Shown: piece by piece, positions 1 through 15,300 of the stretch | How positions within the stretch are numbered: position 1 is the first letter of the stretch | Layout of the letters: each line of letters begins with the position of its first letter | Assembly (NCBI GenBank): GCA_000934665.2 | Contig: KZ537978.1 | Location: 62,001 to 126,000, forward strand | Source: Catajapyx aquilonaris | Taxonomy: Eukaryota | Length of the DNA stretch: 64,000 bases | Direction of reading: 5' to 3' | Position numbers and translations under genes: made by a program | The notes under the pieces: model-generated | Databases searched by the model: none | The model's input: only the letters and a program-made list of their open reading frames with translations | What the model was told of the DNA's origin: nothing

Positions 1-67
1 AACTTGGGGGGAAACGTTTTAAGGCGAGTGAAGTTTGACGGCAGGTTCCATTAATTTCACTTTACAG

Positions 68-373
68 AACTTAGAACTAGTCCAGGACGCCCGAGCCGCC
101 AAAGCCTACCGGGACGAGTTGGATATCCTGAAGGAAAGAGCGCAAAAAGTTGACAAGTTGGAGGCGGAAATCCAGAGATATAAAGACAAGATAAACGATA
201 TCGATTTCTATAAAGCCAGAGTAGAGGAGCTCAGGGAAGACAACCGAATATTGGTGGAGACCAAAGAGATGCTCGAGGAGCAGCTGGAGAACTCCAGGAA
301 ACGCGCCGAACAGATGCTGGAACTGGAAGCTGACATAGTCAAGTGCAAGCAACAGATCAACGCTCTTACTCTG
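68..373 (+). CDS. Girdin: Girdin/Daple exon (NLELVQDAR...INALTL)
   Basis: tttacag| acceptor, |gtcaga donor, phase 0/0. Confidence 0.93.
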
Positions 374-3300
374 GTCAGATTAAAATCATGTTACCACTGC
401 TCTTAGGGGAGTGAGTGACAACTGATTCCTCATTTGCAGGAGAGGGATGCAGATAGGGACAAGATCCAAGAGCTGATAGAGGAGAACTGCCAGCTGCAAC
501 TCTGCACCAAGAACAGCCTGAATGAATCTGCCAATTTGGTGGCTGAACTGGACCTGCTGAAGGGGCAGGCTTCGGGCGTGGGTAACAACAGTCTGTCAGA
601 GCAGCTCAGCAATGATGCAAATGCCCGTGTCTTGAAGCTGGAGTTGGAGAACCAGAGGCTGGTACATGTGATTGAGAATCTAAAGGAGTCGTCATTTCAT
701 GAGAGTAGTGATCGACTTCTGGAACTGGAAAAGGAGAATAAGCGACTGTCACTCAAGGTATGTCATATTTAGATCAGCTGGTCATTGTAGACTACTTGTG
801 GATGTTGTAATGTGGCGTTTTTATCATTTGTTAGCATTTTTAAAAGATTTTTCCTGTAGAAGCATTCCAGTCACATACAATTTTTTTTTTCAACATTTAA
901 TGTTGTTAATATGGCACGATGGTAACTGCATTAGTATTGCAAATAATTTTCTACATTTGCATTACCAAAATTTGACAATAGAATGGACATGGACATAAAG
1001 CACATTATGTAAATAAGGTACAAATATATAAGCCATTAAGCCCTACAACATCCATGCTGGCCATAGGACATAATGGCAAGTGAAAAGTTACAGAGGTGAA
1101 TGCCAAACTCCAAACAGATATTTGTTAAAATTTTACCTAAACTATGATAACCAACTTAGTTCCCAAATAATGCACAGGTAGCCTAATTAAGATGCAAAGT
1201 TGGCTCTAGTGTGTACTTTGGTTGCAACATACTCGTGCATCATAATTGGGATTTTTTAAGAGTAATTTGGCAGACTCTCTTGTTCATGCTACACTTGCTG
1301 TTGCCACACAATGGTCTGCAAAAAATTGCTTATGACTAGTGCACCAACGATGCTGCCTCAAATTTCAAAACAGTGAAACAGTTTCATCTAAGATTTGCAT
1401 GAGGAATGTTTATGATCAGTGTATTTTTTTTCACCGTGACATTAACAGTGCTTTGGCCTAATTTTGATGCCTTATTTAGAAATATGGAAAATTTAAGTGA
1501 TTTGGCTGCAGTTCTGTGTGCATGTACAGTCTCATTCATAAAGAATGGTACAACTCTATGGACGAAATGTTTATCCTGATTATCGAGCATTATTCCCAAC
1601 CTTAATTCGACGAAACCCTATGGACAACCTTTTTTGGACCTCTGGCGACTCATATGACCCATCCCGATTTTTAAATAAAAATTTTAATTACTAAAATGTC
1701 AACCAGGTGCGATGCTTATGTAGATTTGATGGGAATTCTCCCTCCCCCTATACATTTCTTACTTTGCTTTGTTTTTTTCTTCTCTTTTTTTTATAATTTT
1801 GATTCCCTCTCTAAAACATGCTAGCGACCCAGGGGTTGAGAACAGGATGAACATTTCGTCCATATAGAGTCATACCATTCTTTATGAATGGTACTGTACT
1901 GTATAAATTATATCACTGAATGCACAGATTATGTTGTGAACCATGTTTGTAATCAATGGTTGCTTCAAATAGGTGACTCAGGTGCAGGAGAGCAGCCAGC
2001 GTGAGACACAACGGGGACTGGAGCTTGAGCAGGAGCTAGAGTCAGGAAGGAGGGAGTTGAAGCGCTTGCAGGAGACTATTGACACTGTGAAGGCAAACAG
2101 TGATCGCCAACAGCAGGAGATTCAAGTGAGAGAGCTGGAGAGTGTACTTGTCTAATGTCAGGAAATAACCAAGGACAACAGTTCTTAGTGTACTAAAGTG
2201 TCATATTTTGGTTCGTGAGTCATATTTTCTTTTCTGTGGTAATAGCTTGACCTTGGAAATATGCTACATTGATATTGTGCAAGAAATATTGCCTGAGCAC
2301 TCCTTAAAAAAAAGTTATGCATCCCCACCCCAATGTCTCAGAGGCTGGTAAATGCATCATCAGCACTCAAACTGATTGAGTCGGCTGTTGTCTGAATAAC
2401 TTCATTAGTGTTTATGCTCTGATTACTGGTGCAAAGATTATGTTCTGTTTTTAAAAGCAAGCTTTTGAAACACTTCCAAACTATTCAACTTTATTGATTA
2501 CTATTTTGTTTGTAGCAAGAGAAGCAGCAGCTGCTAGAACTTGTGGAGACCCTGAGGGAGAGGCAGCAGAAGACCACTTCTGCCCGCCTCAATGATGTTG
2601 AGCTGGAGAACAAACAGCTGGTGGAGAGCAACCTGAATCTGCAGAGTCAGGTGTCCAGACTGGAGTATGAGAAACAGCAGTTGGTCAAGCTGAATGAGAG
2701 GCTGAGAGAGAGCTCTGAGAAACTTGGAGAGGTGGAGCATCTCAAGGCAGAATATGAGAGGGAGAACCAGGATTTGAAGAAGGTAAGCTGCTTATTTTAA
2801 GTTGCAGAGATCATTAGAAAATATAATTGGTTTGAGTTTCTAAAGTTGACATGTTGAGTGGATGATACATGTTCAAGAGGGAAAGGATGGAATATTCATT
2901 TTCTTAAGAATAGTAGAAGGAGAGTTTCAGGATTTTTTTACATGGACATGTTCAAGAGATTGGCACTATCTAGGGAGGTTTTGTGATCTAAGAAAATTCA
3001 AGCAATCTCTGAGCACACCTTTCGGTCTTGTTACAGTATTTTGCTAAATAGCATTAACAGATTGATCAGAAACATTTTTTGATTAAGATTGTTGCCATTG
3101 GTTAACTGGTTGTGTGAATTTGACCAGGTGCATTGCCACAAGGCAGTTATATTTCCTCTCCAACTTTTACTGCTCTGGTTAAAGAATCATTATGACTGGC
3201 GAGGAAGAGGAGGTTGAAGAATAATGACAAAGCTGACAGATGGTTGGGGAGAAGATTATATATTTATTTTGTAATAAGCAAAAGTGAATGATTTATTGCA

Positions 3301-6300
3301 TTGTAAGCAATCTTATTGCTGCACATATTTCTCGTACCTCATCAGTTACATGGCAGTAGCATTATGTTTCTATTGGATGAAGATGAGAAATTATTGATAT
3401 TAATATGGAGAAATTTTGGTGCATGATGTTAGAGGTGACATTAAAATAATAATTGTTGTATTTTCCAGACTATATCAGTATTCAAGGAGTCCTGTGAACA
3501 GCATGAAAAGCTAGAAGAGGAGTATGCCAGTTTGGAAGTGGAGAACAAGAGATTATCAAAGTATCTGGAGAACATGAAGCAGACTTGCAACAAGGTGTGT
3601 GAAATGCCATAAAACCACATGAGATGACAAGTTGATTGATTTCTAATGTGGTTTATTTCACAGAGCCACTCTAGTTTGACAAGGCGTTGCTTTGGAAAGA
3701 AGGCTTATCTTTCTACAATGTTGATTATTAGTTAACCCTTATTATGTCACATTTGGAACTTTTTTGCTGATTTGTGACGAGATAATAATGTGATATTGTA
3801 GGATAGGGTCAATGTATATTTGGTGACTGATTTGTCCCAGCTTCTTGCATATGCTTGAACTTGTGCCATTATTGACCTTCTGTCTCAAGAAACCCTATGA
3901 TATATCATAGTGTCTATTTCCAGCTGGACTCTTTGAACCAAGAGAACCTTCGCCTCTCAGTGGAAAACCAGAAGCTCCAACGCACCATGGAGGCCATGAA
4001 GACCTACTCACAGCAGATGGCTTCCTTGGAACATGATAAAGAAGAATTAACCAAGGCAAACCAGCAGCTAAGAAACAAGTGGGAAGCCATGAAAGTTGAC
4101 AGAGCCAAAGCAGAGGAGATGGAACTCTCTCTTTTGACTATGACAAATGAGAATCAGAAGCTGCAGAAGAGCTATGAGGCGTCCTCCAAGAAGTTGGATG
4201 AACTGGAGAAGGAGAATCGTGAGTTTGAGAGCGAAAACCAGAAGCTGCAAAAAACCATTGAGACCCTGAAGGTTTCTGCAAGGAGGCTGAATGAACTGGA
4301 GAAGGAGACTACTGAGTTAGAAGCCCAGAATCACAAGCTGGACAAGGAGAGCAAGTCATTGGGCAAAGAAGTATCGAGGCTGAAGCAGGCAATCGAGGTG
4401 AAGGACTCCACTATTGATGACTGCTCTTCTAAAGTGTCCACATATGAACGAGAAAACAGGCGCTTGCAGAAGGATCTCCAGGAGTTCACCTCGCAGTTGC
4501 AAAGGTAAATGTCTTCTGCCATACACTTGCTGTAGCATTTCATGGTGTCTCTTTGTCAGGAAGACTCTATGCCCTTGTAAAGTAATTCAACAATGTTGCA
4601 AAGAAGCAGCTTTGAAACTCATCAAGTACTGTACAATATTTTTGGACATGTTTCTCTGCTATCACTTCTTAGAATCAGAAGTTAAGCTTTGGGAAATATG
4701 TTGACATCTTCCAGTAAGAATAAGATTCCAGTACAATGACATTTTCTTCAGTGACAATGAGAGTGATTCAGTCCCTTTGCCTGATACTTGCAAGCTTGTG
4801 AAACATTCAGCACTCATCCTTTCAATATATGTAATTTAGAAATCTGCCTGTCAAGGAGAAGATGCCATATGAAGTCACTAAGGACAGGGAGCACTGAACG
4901 TAGTAAAACAAATCTGGCTGGATTGGTTTTACTGAGTTTGATGTTCCCTGACCTAAGTACAAGTAATGCCTAGCCATCACCATCCACAAAAACAACCAGA
5001 ATAGAGTAATTCAATGCAAATCTGATGAAATTATAAGTTTCCTCTTCAATTTGTGGCAGTATTAAATTAATTTTAGAATGTTTTGAAACAGTGATTATTT
5101 GAATTTTGCTTATTATTGAAGTCCAAAATTTTGATAACTTTTCATTCCAACAGGTTTTTTTCTTTTGTTTTGTTTTGTTTTTTGGCATTACCCCATATCT
5201 ACACATATATGGGGGGTGGATTACCACCATCGGAATTATTTTTTTGGAGCGAGTCAAGATTAAACTTGTTAGTATGCTCCAAGGTAGTTAGGAGGGGATG
5301 TGCAAAGTGCGTGTGCGCTGTCGAGTAGTGGTCATTTTGTGAACTCCCCCGGGTGGCTTAGTCTATCGGAAATTGCCACCCGAAACGAAGCCAGAGATGG
5401 CCCAACTCTGCACGAAAGAAGGTGGGAACCCCGGGTGGGGATTGAACCCGGGACCTTAACTTCCGTGGGCGCGCGCGTTACCGCGGCGCCACTTCGTCTC
5501 CCTCATTCCAACAGAATTGAAGACTGTCACTAAATCCTTTAAAATGCGAATGTGTGGAATACTTTTTTTTTTTTACATTTTAGGTTGCGTGAGTTGGAAA
5601 AGGAGAACCGAGAGCTCGTCCAGCAAAACTTTGTGGACAAGAAGACACTTTGTACCTTGAGGGAAGATTTGGTGGCAGAGAAAATCCGAGCTCAGCAGAG
5701 TCGAAATGAGCTGGAGAAAGTGATTGGTGAACTGCAAAGAATTGGGATCAACAAGGACAAGCTAACAATCCATGAGCAGAGTGAAGAGTAAGTGTGTGGG
5801 GATATTTGAGAGGGTTTTACAATAGATTTGCAAACCATTCTTGAATATTGGGTTTTCAGGGATGTGAGATCACTTTTACAGGGGTTTGGTAGTAAATGAG
5901 TTGAGTCCTGTAAAGCCCAAAAATGCCCCAAGTCACTAAAAATGCATGTTTCAGAATGTATCAATGCTTCCTTTTTCAGTCGCTTCAAGGCCTTGGAGCT
6001 GATGATGGAAGAGGCATTGAAGAAGAGCCTGGAAGTAAAGGAGGAAAAGATTGCTGTGCTGGAATCCCGACTGCAGGAATCGACATCCCGAAATCGTGAA
6101 TTGAAGGAGGAATTGCGTTCTCTGAGGAGACAGCATGAGGTCCTGCAGCAACGACATGTAGAAGGGGAGTCCAATGTTAGTGATATCTCAGCAAAGGAAG
6201 TTGCCACCCTCAAGGAGAGACTCTCTGAATCTGAGGGAGAGGTTGGTGATTTTAAATCCATCATTGGGGAAGAAGCATTTAAATAGTTTTATCCCAGTGT

Positions 6301-9300
6301 TCAGGAGTCCATTTTGTCTTCGACTATCATATGTAAAATTTGCTATGAGAATATTTCCAAGTGCTACATGCCACCCGCCGGTCCCACCCCCCCCACCCCC
6401 CCTCNCCCGCAAGACACTTAAAAAATGCAATTTTTTCTTGTGATCTCACGATTTTATTTAATTTTATATCAAAAAAATTACATTGTATGTTATGGCCATA
6501 CTTCGGCAATTACCTTTTCTGCCTGTAGTGGTAAATCAAGCGAAAAATTTGATTGTGTTTGTGATCTCGCCTTTATTTCCTATTATTGTATTTGAGAAAT
6601 ATTTATTGCAAATCGCGGCCGCCCCTAGGCCAGTGCCTACTGTGCCTAAGGGCTGGCGCAAACAGGGAAATTTGGGAGCAACTTATTGCCTGCCAACCAC
6701 CCAGGATGGCACAGCGCATGCACTCTCCTGGGGTAACCACTGCGTGCAGATTTCTTGCATGCAAGAAATTTGGGCGTGCTGGACTTGGCTTGACTGGGCC
6801 GCGACACTTGTACCCTTTAGCGGGCAACATGAATACTTAGATGTGCATGCAAGTAGCCTCCCTCCCACATTTCCCCATTTGCGCGCGGGCCTAATGGGAA
6901 ATCCGGCGCTGGCTACATGATGTTATTTGCTTGGGTTACCATATGTAGGCTAAAGACTAGTTGTAGGGGAGGTGGAGTGGCGCTGCGGTAACGTATGCAC
7001 CCACGGATGGAAGGGACTCGGGTTCGATCCCAGCCCGGGATCTCCCCCCTTCATCTCGTGCAGAGTTGGGTCGTCTCTGGCTTCGTCTCAGGTGGAATCT
7101 TCGATAGACTAATCCACTCAGGGGATTTCACAAAATGTACTGTTTGAGACATTGCACATCCCCTCCCAGTCACTCTGTCCTTGGACCAGGGCGATTCATA
7201 AAAAGCTTTCCTCCAAAAGGCCCAAAGATGGCCCAGCATGGGGTATTTAAATAAATAAATAATTAAAAAAAAAGACTAGTTAACCTTTGCTCCTTGCAAG
7301 AAGTGTCAGACCCTAGGCCTACAACTGTGGCTCTTATTTTAAAACAAAAACAACCTTATGTTTCAGAATGCTGTTCTCCAGACTGAGAATCATAATCTAA
7401 AGACGCAGATTGGCAGCTTGAGGGAGCAGATATCTGCCCTGCATGGCCATGTGACAGCTCTGCAGAACCAGGCCACCAACCTGACCCAAAGCAGTGCAAG
7501 TTTGCAGGCAGAGTGTGCCAGGCTACAAGTAGAGAACACTACGCTGCAGTCACAGAACACCAGCCTCACCTCACAGATCTCAGGTTTCCAAAATTCATGC
7601 TCCAGGATGGAGATTGAGAAGGAGCAGGTAGGTAACATGTTATGGTTTGCAGTTTCTTATGATGCACATGATCCTTTACTAATTCAATTTTATTCATCTC
7701 ATACCAGCTTCTGAAGCAGTACAACAGCTTGAACTCTATGCATAGTCGTCTAACTAAGGATCAGGAGGCTCTTCAGAAACTTCATGACCAGCTGACATCT
7801 GAGTATGAGAGTCTCTGCTCTGAACGTGACACCTTGAAGCAGTCCCAGAGAGAAATTAGGGCAGAGGCACGTCTTATTCAGGAGCAAAATGAGTCACTGA
7901 GCAGCCAGCAGGAAGATGTCCAGAAGCTGAGGGAGATATTGGAGACAGAAACTGATCATCTCAGGTCAGACTCCCGTTCACTGGCAAATCTCAGGGCAGA
8001 GCATTCACGTCTAAAGGAGGACTTCAGGAGCCTGTATGCAAATAGCGAAAAGCTAAAAGCAGATTATAGGTAAGGAAATTAAGCAATTACGAAGAGGATA
8101 CAGCAGTTTTAGTTCTTTTTACTTGCTCATTTCTGCAATGTTCATGTTTCCTGGTCATAGGGAAATACATTGACATTATAGTAAAGAGACAGTTGTGTCC
8201 ATTACCTTTTTTGTTGTATGATTGCTTCTTTGTGTCGCTAGAAACAAAGTCAAAATGGCTGGTTATATTTCATATTCAGAGCTTGTATGAGGGATGTTAA
8301 AATAGTTTTTAAGTTCTACCCTAGCCAACCTTGATCAGTGACGGAGTGAGAGAAATTGTGAGAATATGCTGATATCATTAAAGGCAACTCTCTTTACACC
8401 TGTCATTATTTTTGGTGTAAGATCTTGTACCACAATCATATACAACAGAAATATTAGAATTTGGAGGGTAATCAGCTTCTTTGATTGATTGATAAGACTC
8501 TTAATGGCTTAGCAGTAGTATTGGCTATACTGTGCCAGCCAGGTTGTGAAAATTATGAAGCACTAATGCTGAATGGTATTAAAGAGTCTGGTGGCAAATG
8601 AAATAGAAGGCACTAGGTTCTTCTTGACCAATCAACACTTGGGGTTGATTTGTGGACATCCACAAGAGACACATGAAAATGAATGCTCTAGAATTGGTAT
8701 GTTTGGGCAATAATATATCATCACCTTTACCGGCAAGACTTTGGAGATTGATGTGGTATCATTCCAATGAAGCTCATGCAATTTATAAAAGCTGATGCCT
8801 GAATAATATAGTCATGTTGTTTTTTTAAAATGGAGAATTCCATTTCAAACATGCTTTATGTATTACTGGCTCACAGACATTTCAAGCTTTGAAATGTACC
8901 ACTCAATGAGGTCATGTAATGAATTATGTGATGCTTTTAGTTGGTCTGTTGAAATTTCCATTAATTTGCATGCAAACTGCAGCTGCTGCGAAAGAGGGTA
9001 GACACTGATTTTTTGTCGTGAATAATTTGGTAGCCCTTGCGTCAATTATTCAGTTTTCCTTGTTATCTTCCTGGATGGCATCAGAATGTTGAGTGTTCTG
9101 TGGATCACCATTGAAAAAGAACCTCGCAAGTATTGACCACATAGCCTGCATTTATTGTGGGAAAAACACGACTAATATTTTTAAATTCACTGCCTCATCA
9201 GGAATTGTATAATTTCATGGTGATAATACAGAAAAATCTATCTTCAATTGAGTTGCTTCATTTTGCACAAATATTTCCTCTTCTACAGTTTTCCTTGTTT

Positions 9301-12300
9301 AGGACAAAAATGTATTGAAAATCTTATGCAGTGATCAAACATTAATTTTGCAATGCATAAACCACTGAATTCAGTGTCCATTACTGGCAGGATTAACTGA
9401 GCAATCTTTCAAGCGATCTTTATAAATGTTACTAGGACTATCCTCAAAGGGCAGTTGCATTTTAACCCATTTTGACTACCTGTAAACTGTCATATGCATA
9501 ACTTTCCTGCCTACAGGAACCTGCAGTCAGATTACAAGGCACTGAAGACGGAGCACAACCGATTGAAGCTCAAGCAGACAGAGATGCAAGGTGAACTGGC
9601 AGACACTCAGGACCAGTCTCATTCACTGGACGTGGAAATCACCAAGCTGAACAACAAGTGTGAGATGCTGGCCCAGTTGAATACCACATTGGAGGAGGAC
9701 AGGAGGTCCCTCATGAGCCAGGTCACTCTGCTGTTGACCCAGTACCATGATCTGCTGACTCAAACATTGGAGGACAAGGAGCACTTTCATGCTGAGGAAA
9801 AACTGTTTGCGTGAGTATCCTTCTGTGCTCCTTAGCTTATAAGTGGTGATGTAGTTACACCATTAGCTGATCCATTTCAAGTGGGTTCAGATGGTTTCAG
9901 TGTACCTCCAACTTAAGAACTATTCAAGGCATGCAAAAACTGATTGGGGAACTGAGTACTGCTATTCCAGTGGTGGTTTAAATATAAATTTCTTTTCCAG
10001 AGATAAGCTGAATAATCTGCGCAGACAGAAGGAGAAATTGGAAGAGAAAATTATGGAACAGTACAAGAAGATGGAAAACTACTCGCCAAAGAAGTAAGTT
10101 GGCTTTTTGTTACATTGGCAGGAATAAAACACTTTTGTTGACAAGGAGGTAATGTATTATAAGCATTATGTGAGCTTTCTGACATACAAAGTTGCCTGGA
10201 CAATTAAAACTGGGATAAAATTGGATCTGCCTGACATGCATGTTGAATTTTTTAATTCAGCATGCAATACTTGACGCACCAAAATTTTGCTTTAACTACC
10301 AGTTGTAGGTACATTGCAGCGCCCCTTTTCTTTATATCCACATTACCCTAAGCAAATAGATTAGAATTTAAGAATTTTGGAAATTTTAGATGGATGTCAA
10401 TAGCTTGCCCTTTCATTTCTTTCTCTGTGCCCAAGCAGTAGGCACATGGGTTATGCACCATACACGTGAGTACTTGAGTATGCCTAGGTGTCTCATATCT
10501 AGTGCCATGTTTGTGGTCTTGTGTCTTTATGTAGGTGTTAACAGTGTTGAGACAAATTAAGAAGTAACATGTTGCACTGGGGGAAGCTAACTGCATTACT
10601 TAATTATGTTGGGGTAAATTCATATATAAGGGGTGGAAATTTTAATAGTGGCAACACATCTGTAGGATAGCAGGGAAAGTATAAACTTTGTCTACTTCAC
10701 TGTTATTCTGAAAATGTGTTGCAACTACATATTAAAATTCCAGCCTTTGCATTCCAATGTCCCCAGCCAGCATACATGAATGCCAGTGAACATCCAGTGA
10801 GAGTCATGGCCATTGCTCTCTGAATGTTCACGTGTCTCATCTGTTGACATTCTGAGAGAACTAGAGTGTTAAAATTTAATGTATGTTAACATTATTTAGC
10901 ATTTGTGTAATAGAACTTGTCAGCTAGTGTTACACATGTCATTGTCACATGAATCTGACATTTACTGACCATTGGTACTGAACACTGGACATTCCAAACA
11001 TTGACTGAACATTCATATGTTGCTGGAGTCCTACCAACTTCGGTAAATGCAGGAAATTTAAAGAAATTGGGAGACTATTTTACTCCAAACACTCTGTAAC
11101 TGGGTATTATGCAAGTAACAAGATTGGTAAATATTGAGTACTGCTTGAAGTTATGATAAAAATCAGTTAGAATATCCTAAATTCTGACACCAATGGAGCA
11201 AACTATTCTACTTGGTGAGTGTAGCTTGACTCAACTGTTTTGACCAAGAAACACACCTGGTAGTAATTAGTAACTTGTCTCTCATCGCAGGAATGTAAAT
11301 GTAGCACACTAGTTACTTCTCAAAAGTAGCCTCTCCAACACTGGATATGAAATTATTATTTTATGGGTTTTAAGGCCTCTGTTATTTTGTAGGCGTGGTT
11401 TTGGATCAACATTGGTGCGCAGGATGAGGAGAGCAGGTTCAGAGCTTATGAGCAAAGTACCAAGGGTGAGTTCTATTACCTTTTTGAGAAGCAAGAATGG
11501 AATTTAAGTATCTGTTTTTTATTTACAGACTGGAAGGTCAAGATCACGTGGACGGGGACAGGATGGTGCAGAGAACACTGACAGTCATGACAACTCATCA
11601 CTGGGATCAGGGTCAGGTGGGCAAGAGTCTCTAGACAGCTGCAACGACACCAGGCGCAGTTCACCTCAAGGTATTTCTTACGGGGCTTCTCACTTTCATA
11701 CTTGTGCTTAAGAGCAGATGTACAGGCAAAATCCTTTTATATTGCATTGCAGTTATAATGACAAAATCAAGCCACTGTTTCATTACTCCAAGCTATAGAT
11801 AATTACAGATTTATATACCACCAATTTGAATAGCGTATTTTCAACATCATAGTTACTGCCTTTTTTCAGGCTGTATAAGGAATCTGGTTTCTGTTCATAA
11901 CATACTGTAACTTCATTGTAATTTCCACAATACCTGCTGCTTTACTTTTAAAAGTCCCATAGGGAGAACTGCTGTTATTTTCTGTGTCAAGAAAACTGTA
12001 TGCCATTTTTCGCTTACCTTTTCCTTTAGACTTGTACGCAGGCGAGACACCAGACTTTAGCTTGCGAGTCTCTCGCCATGACGCCTTCATCTCTAACTCG
12101 CAGCACCGCAAGTCTCTCCCACTCTTCAGGACAAGCAGGGATGAACTTGAGAAGCAGTTCAGGTAACATACTCTGCAAATAACTTCAGTGTGACTTCATA
12201 TAACTTTGTCAGTGGTGTTAACTGGATGGGCTGAAAGCATAGTCTGTCAAGTTTTCCAAGAAGCATGTTGCAAAGCAGTAGCCTCATTTGGAAGAATCAT

Positions 12301-15300
12301 TTTGTTTTGGCTGCTTAGACTGAGAAAGTCAAAATATGATGGTCCTTCCTGAGGCAAAGTCAGTGAAATTTGTGCAACAAATCTCAAGCTCACAATTCCA
12401 AAATCTATGGGAATGGTGTTGTAAGAACTAAGGTCCAGTTGCACATCCCCAAGTAAGCATTTTCCAGCTTGAAAAGAGCCAGAAAAATTTGTTATTCATG
12501 TTGTCAATGCTGGATAATGAATGGCTCTTTCCCAGCTGGAAAATGTTTTCTGGATGCAATGCAACTGGACTTAAGCTCATGGTGTGAAGTTGTGCAAGTT
12601 TCATTGCATTGCAATAAGTTCTAAAGAACACTTATCAGACTGCGCTTCCAACTCATCCAACTATCGTTCTTTCCACCTCCCCTTAAATGTGTGTAAAAAA
12701 GGATTCTGGGCTTCCTTGATAGCTCCAGGTACTTGTGTGTTCCCTATTCTTTTTGGAATGTATTAAACTAACAATTGGTTTGTTGATTTGTGTAGGGAAT
12801 CATTTTCATCTGAGGATCTGGCCAGTTTGAAGGCAGAGAGTGTTGATGGCCCTATGGCTGAGGAAGGGAGCCAGGGAAGTAGGACTCCTTTACAATACCA
12901 GTCTGATAAGGAGACAGCATCACAGATCAGCAGTACTCTCAGCTTGGGGAGTGCAGGGACTAGGAGGGCTGTATACTACACAGATGAAGATGACACTATT
13001 CCTACCAGGGATGTGGGGCCAGATCCATTGGTGAGCATGAAAACCAATTTTCATTTCAGATCTAGCTCTGAAACTGGGGTGTAATATCATCTGCACTGTA
13101 AAGAATTATTACTGCATCATGAGAACCACTACAATCCTATGCGTCAGGGTGCCCATATGGCATGTGGGCATACATGACCTTCTGCTGATGCAAATGTGAA
13201 CTGAAATATAATGAAATACACTGTATAATTAGCAAACTAATTATGATTTATAGATGAAAACTTCTTGGTTCATTTTTCCTAAACTTTGTGTTTGAGCAAA
13301 TTCTATCTGTAAGTGCCACATTATGACTGCCACACTTCCCCCTCCCCCTTTTTAGCGCAACCGTGTGGGGAGAGCATCAATCCGCAGTGCCCCTGAGTGT
13401 AGTTCCCCTCATCGAAGTGGGGGGGGAGGAGGAGGAGGGGCCACAAATGAAGCTTGCTCTTCTCTCAGGTTGGTATCATAACCCTCATGAACCCACAATC
13501 CAATTTTGAAAAAAAAAAAAAAAAAAAAAAACTACCATCTTTGCAGTGCCAACATAGTGGTCCATGTGTCAACCCCCATTTCCTCTGACCTGACCAGACA
13601 TGGGTCACTGCCCCATGGTCCAGGTTCACCCTCAAGGCATCTCAATGGCGTTGTCAGGTCAGAATATTTTCATACTCAACTGACTATGAAGTTGTAAAAC
13701 TTGTAGTTGGACTAATGACAGTCATGAGTATTGAAAGTAGACTTCAAGTGAAGAATTGAAACAACTTGTTAATGTGGCCTGTTGATTATCCATGTTAATA
13801 TGCTTGAAGTTAGACATGAACACTTGTCAAGGTTTTGTGGTTTGTGGTTTGGGAAGCCAAGTTCACGTAATTAACAGTTCTGTGAACAGGATGGGAATTT
13901 TGCATTACTGAACTGCATCAGAGATAGCAACATAAAGATCGTCTTAATGGAGGTGCAAAGAAGTTGTTGCAGGATTAGTTTTGACACACATGGATTAATT
14001 TTTAGTGAGGTTACTGGTAAAAATGGATAGATAGAAATTTAAAATTTGGCCTAGTTAGATCCCAAATTGAGAAACCAGGATTGGAAACAACGTCACCAAA
14101 AATTATTGTCACATGAGCTAAAACCGATCCGGCAACATATCGTTAGCAACCTTTTCTAAGTTGCAGGCGTCTATCTAAGCTTTTTATGATATCCTGTATA
14201 ATTTAATGTTAGGTGGAAAGCCTGGCATGCTAGCATTATGTAGTATGCTAAACCTTGGGCTCCCACTCAAGTTTTCAGTCACTCTGGAACCCTCTGGAAC
14301 TGCAACAATTTTTATCAAATTATTTTGCACCCATATGACGTCAAGTGTATATGTTAGGCTCAAACCCCAAAAACAGCCATTGGGCGAAAAAAACGTCCAT
14401 ACTGCGGAATGCTCTATGTCAAACCAATTTAATGAAACGGCCAGACATCGAAATGCTCTTTTAAAAAAGGCCAGAATGCTTTCCTGGGCTAAACTTAAAC
14501 GTCAGCCAATTTCGTGTCGGGATGGCCGGTTTAGGAGACTCCCATAACTTGTTGTGGCAGTTTCCTGTTTTCCACTACTGGTATGCCATGTAGATGCTGG
14601 AAATAAATCACCCTATTGTTGTTTGGCAACTGGTTGAAATGCTTAACATTTGATGATGGTGTTTATTTTCCAGGAACTATTACCTTCATCATAAGATGTG
14701 GGATTCCAATGTCCCCTAGGTCCATTTTTGTCCTTTTGAGATTTGAGTTTTTGTTGTCATAAAGTATGTGACGCAGGGCCCTAATGGCAGGGTCATCGTA
14801 TCTCTGACACTGTCATAAAGTATATATGAACTTATATGGCTTTGGAAAAATCCCCTGATTTTCGTTCTTGGGCCTAAGGGACATTTGGTGTATTCTGACC
14901 TCAGGAGGAGGTGGGGAGTACCATAAGCTAGCAATCGATGTCCTCAGCTCATTTTTCTTGAAAATGGACTTAGGGGGCCTTGGAATCTGCCTCTAGCGTT
15001 CTTGCAGGAACCGTTAGTCACACTTAGAATATTATTACATTTAGTATTACTTGAACGACATTTACATTTCTTATCAGTGCAGTACTTTTTGCAACTGCAA
15101 CTTACGAATCCCTGCTTACTACCTGAACTGAAGCCGATCGAAGAGATACAGGTCTGGTGGAAGGAACTTGGTTCAGATCTATAAAATTGGAATTAGCAGG
15201 TGTGAACTCTTTGCGAGCATACAGCCTCTCTAAAATGCCTTCTTTGGTGCCCAACTGGTGGAGCCCAGATGCTTGAACGTAACCTAAAACAATTCCTATA

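Noticed and set aside
5692..6264. 190-aa minus-strand ORF and similar antisense ORFs
   Set aside because: Shadow frames of Girdin coiled-coil exons
6965..7050. tRNA gene
   Set aside because: A/B boxes continue into a SINE body with a tail and TSD; no clean cloverleaf
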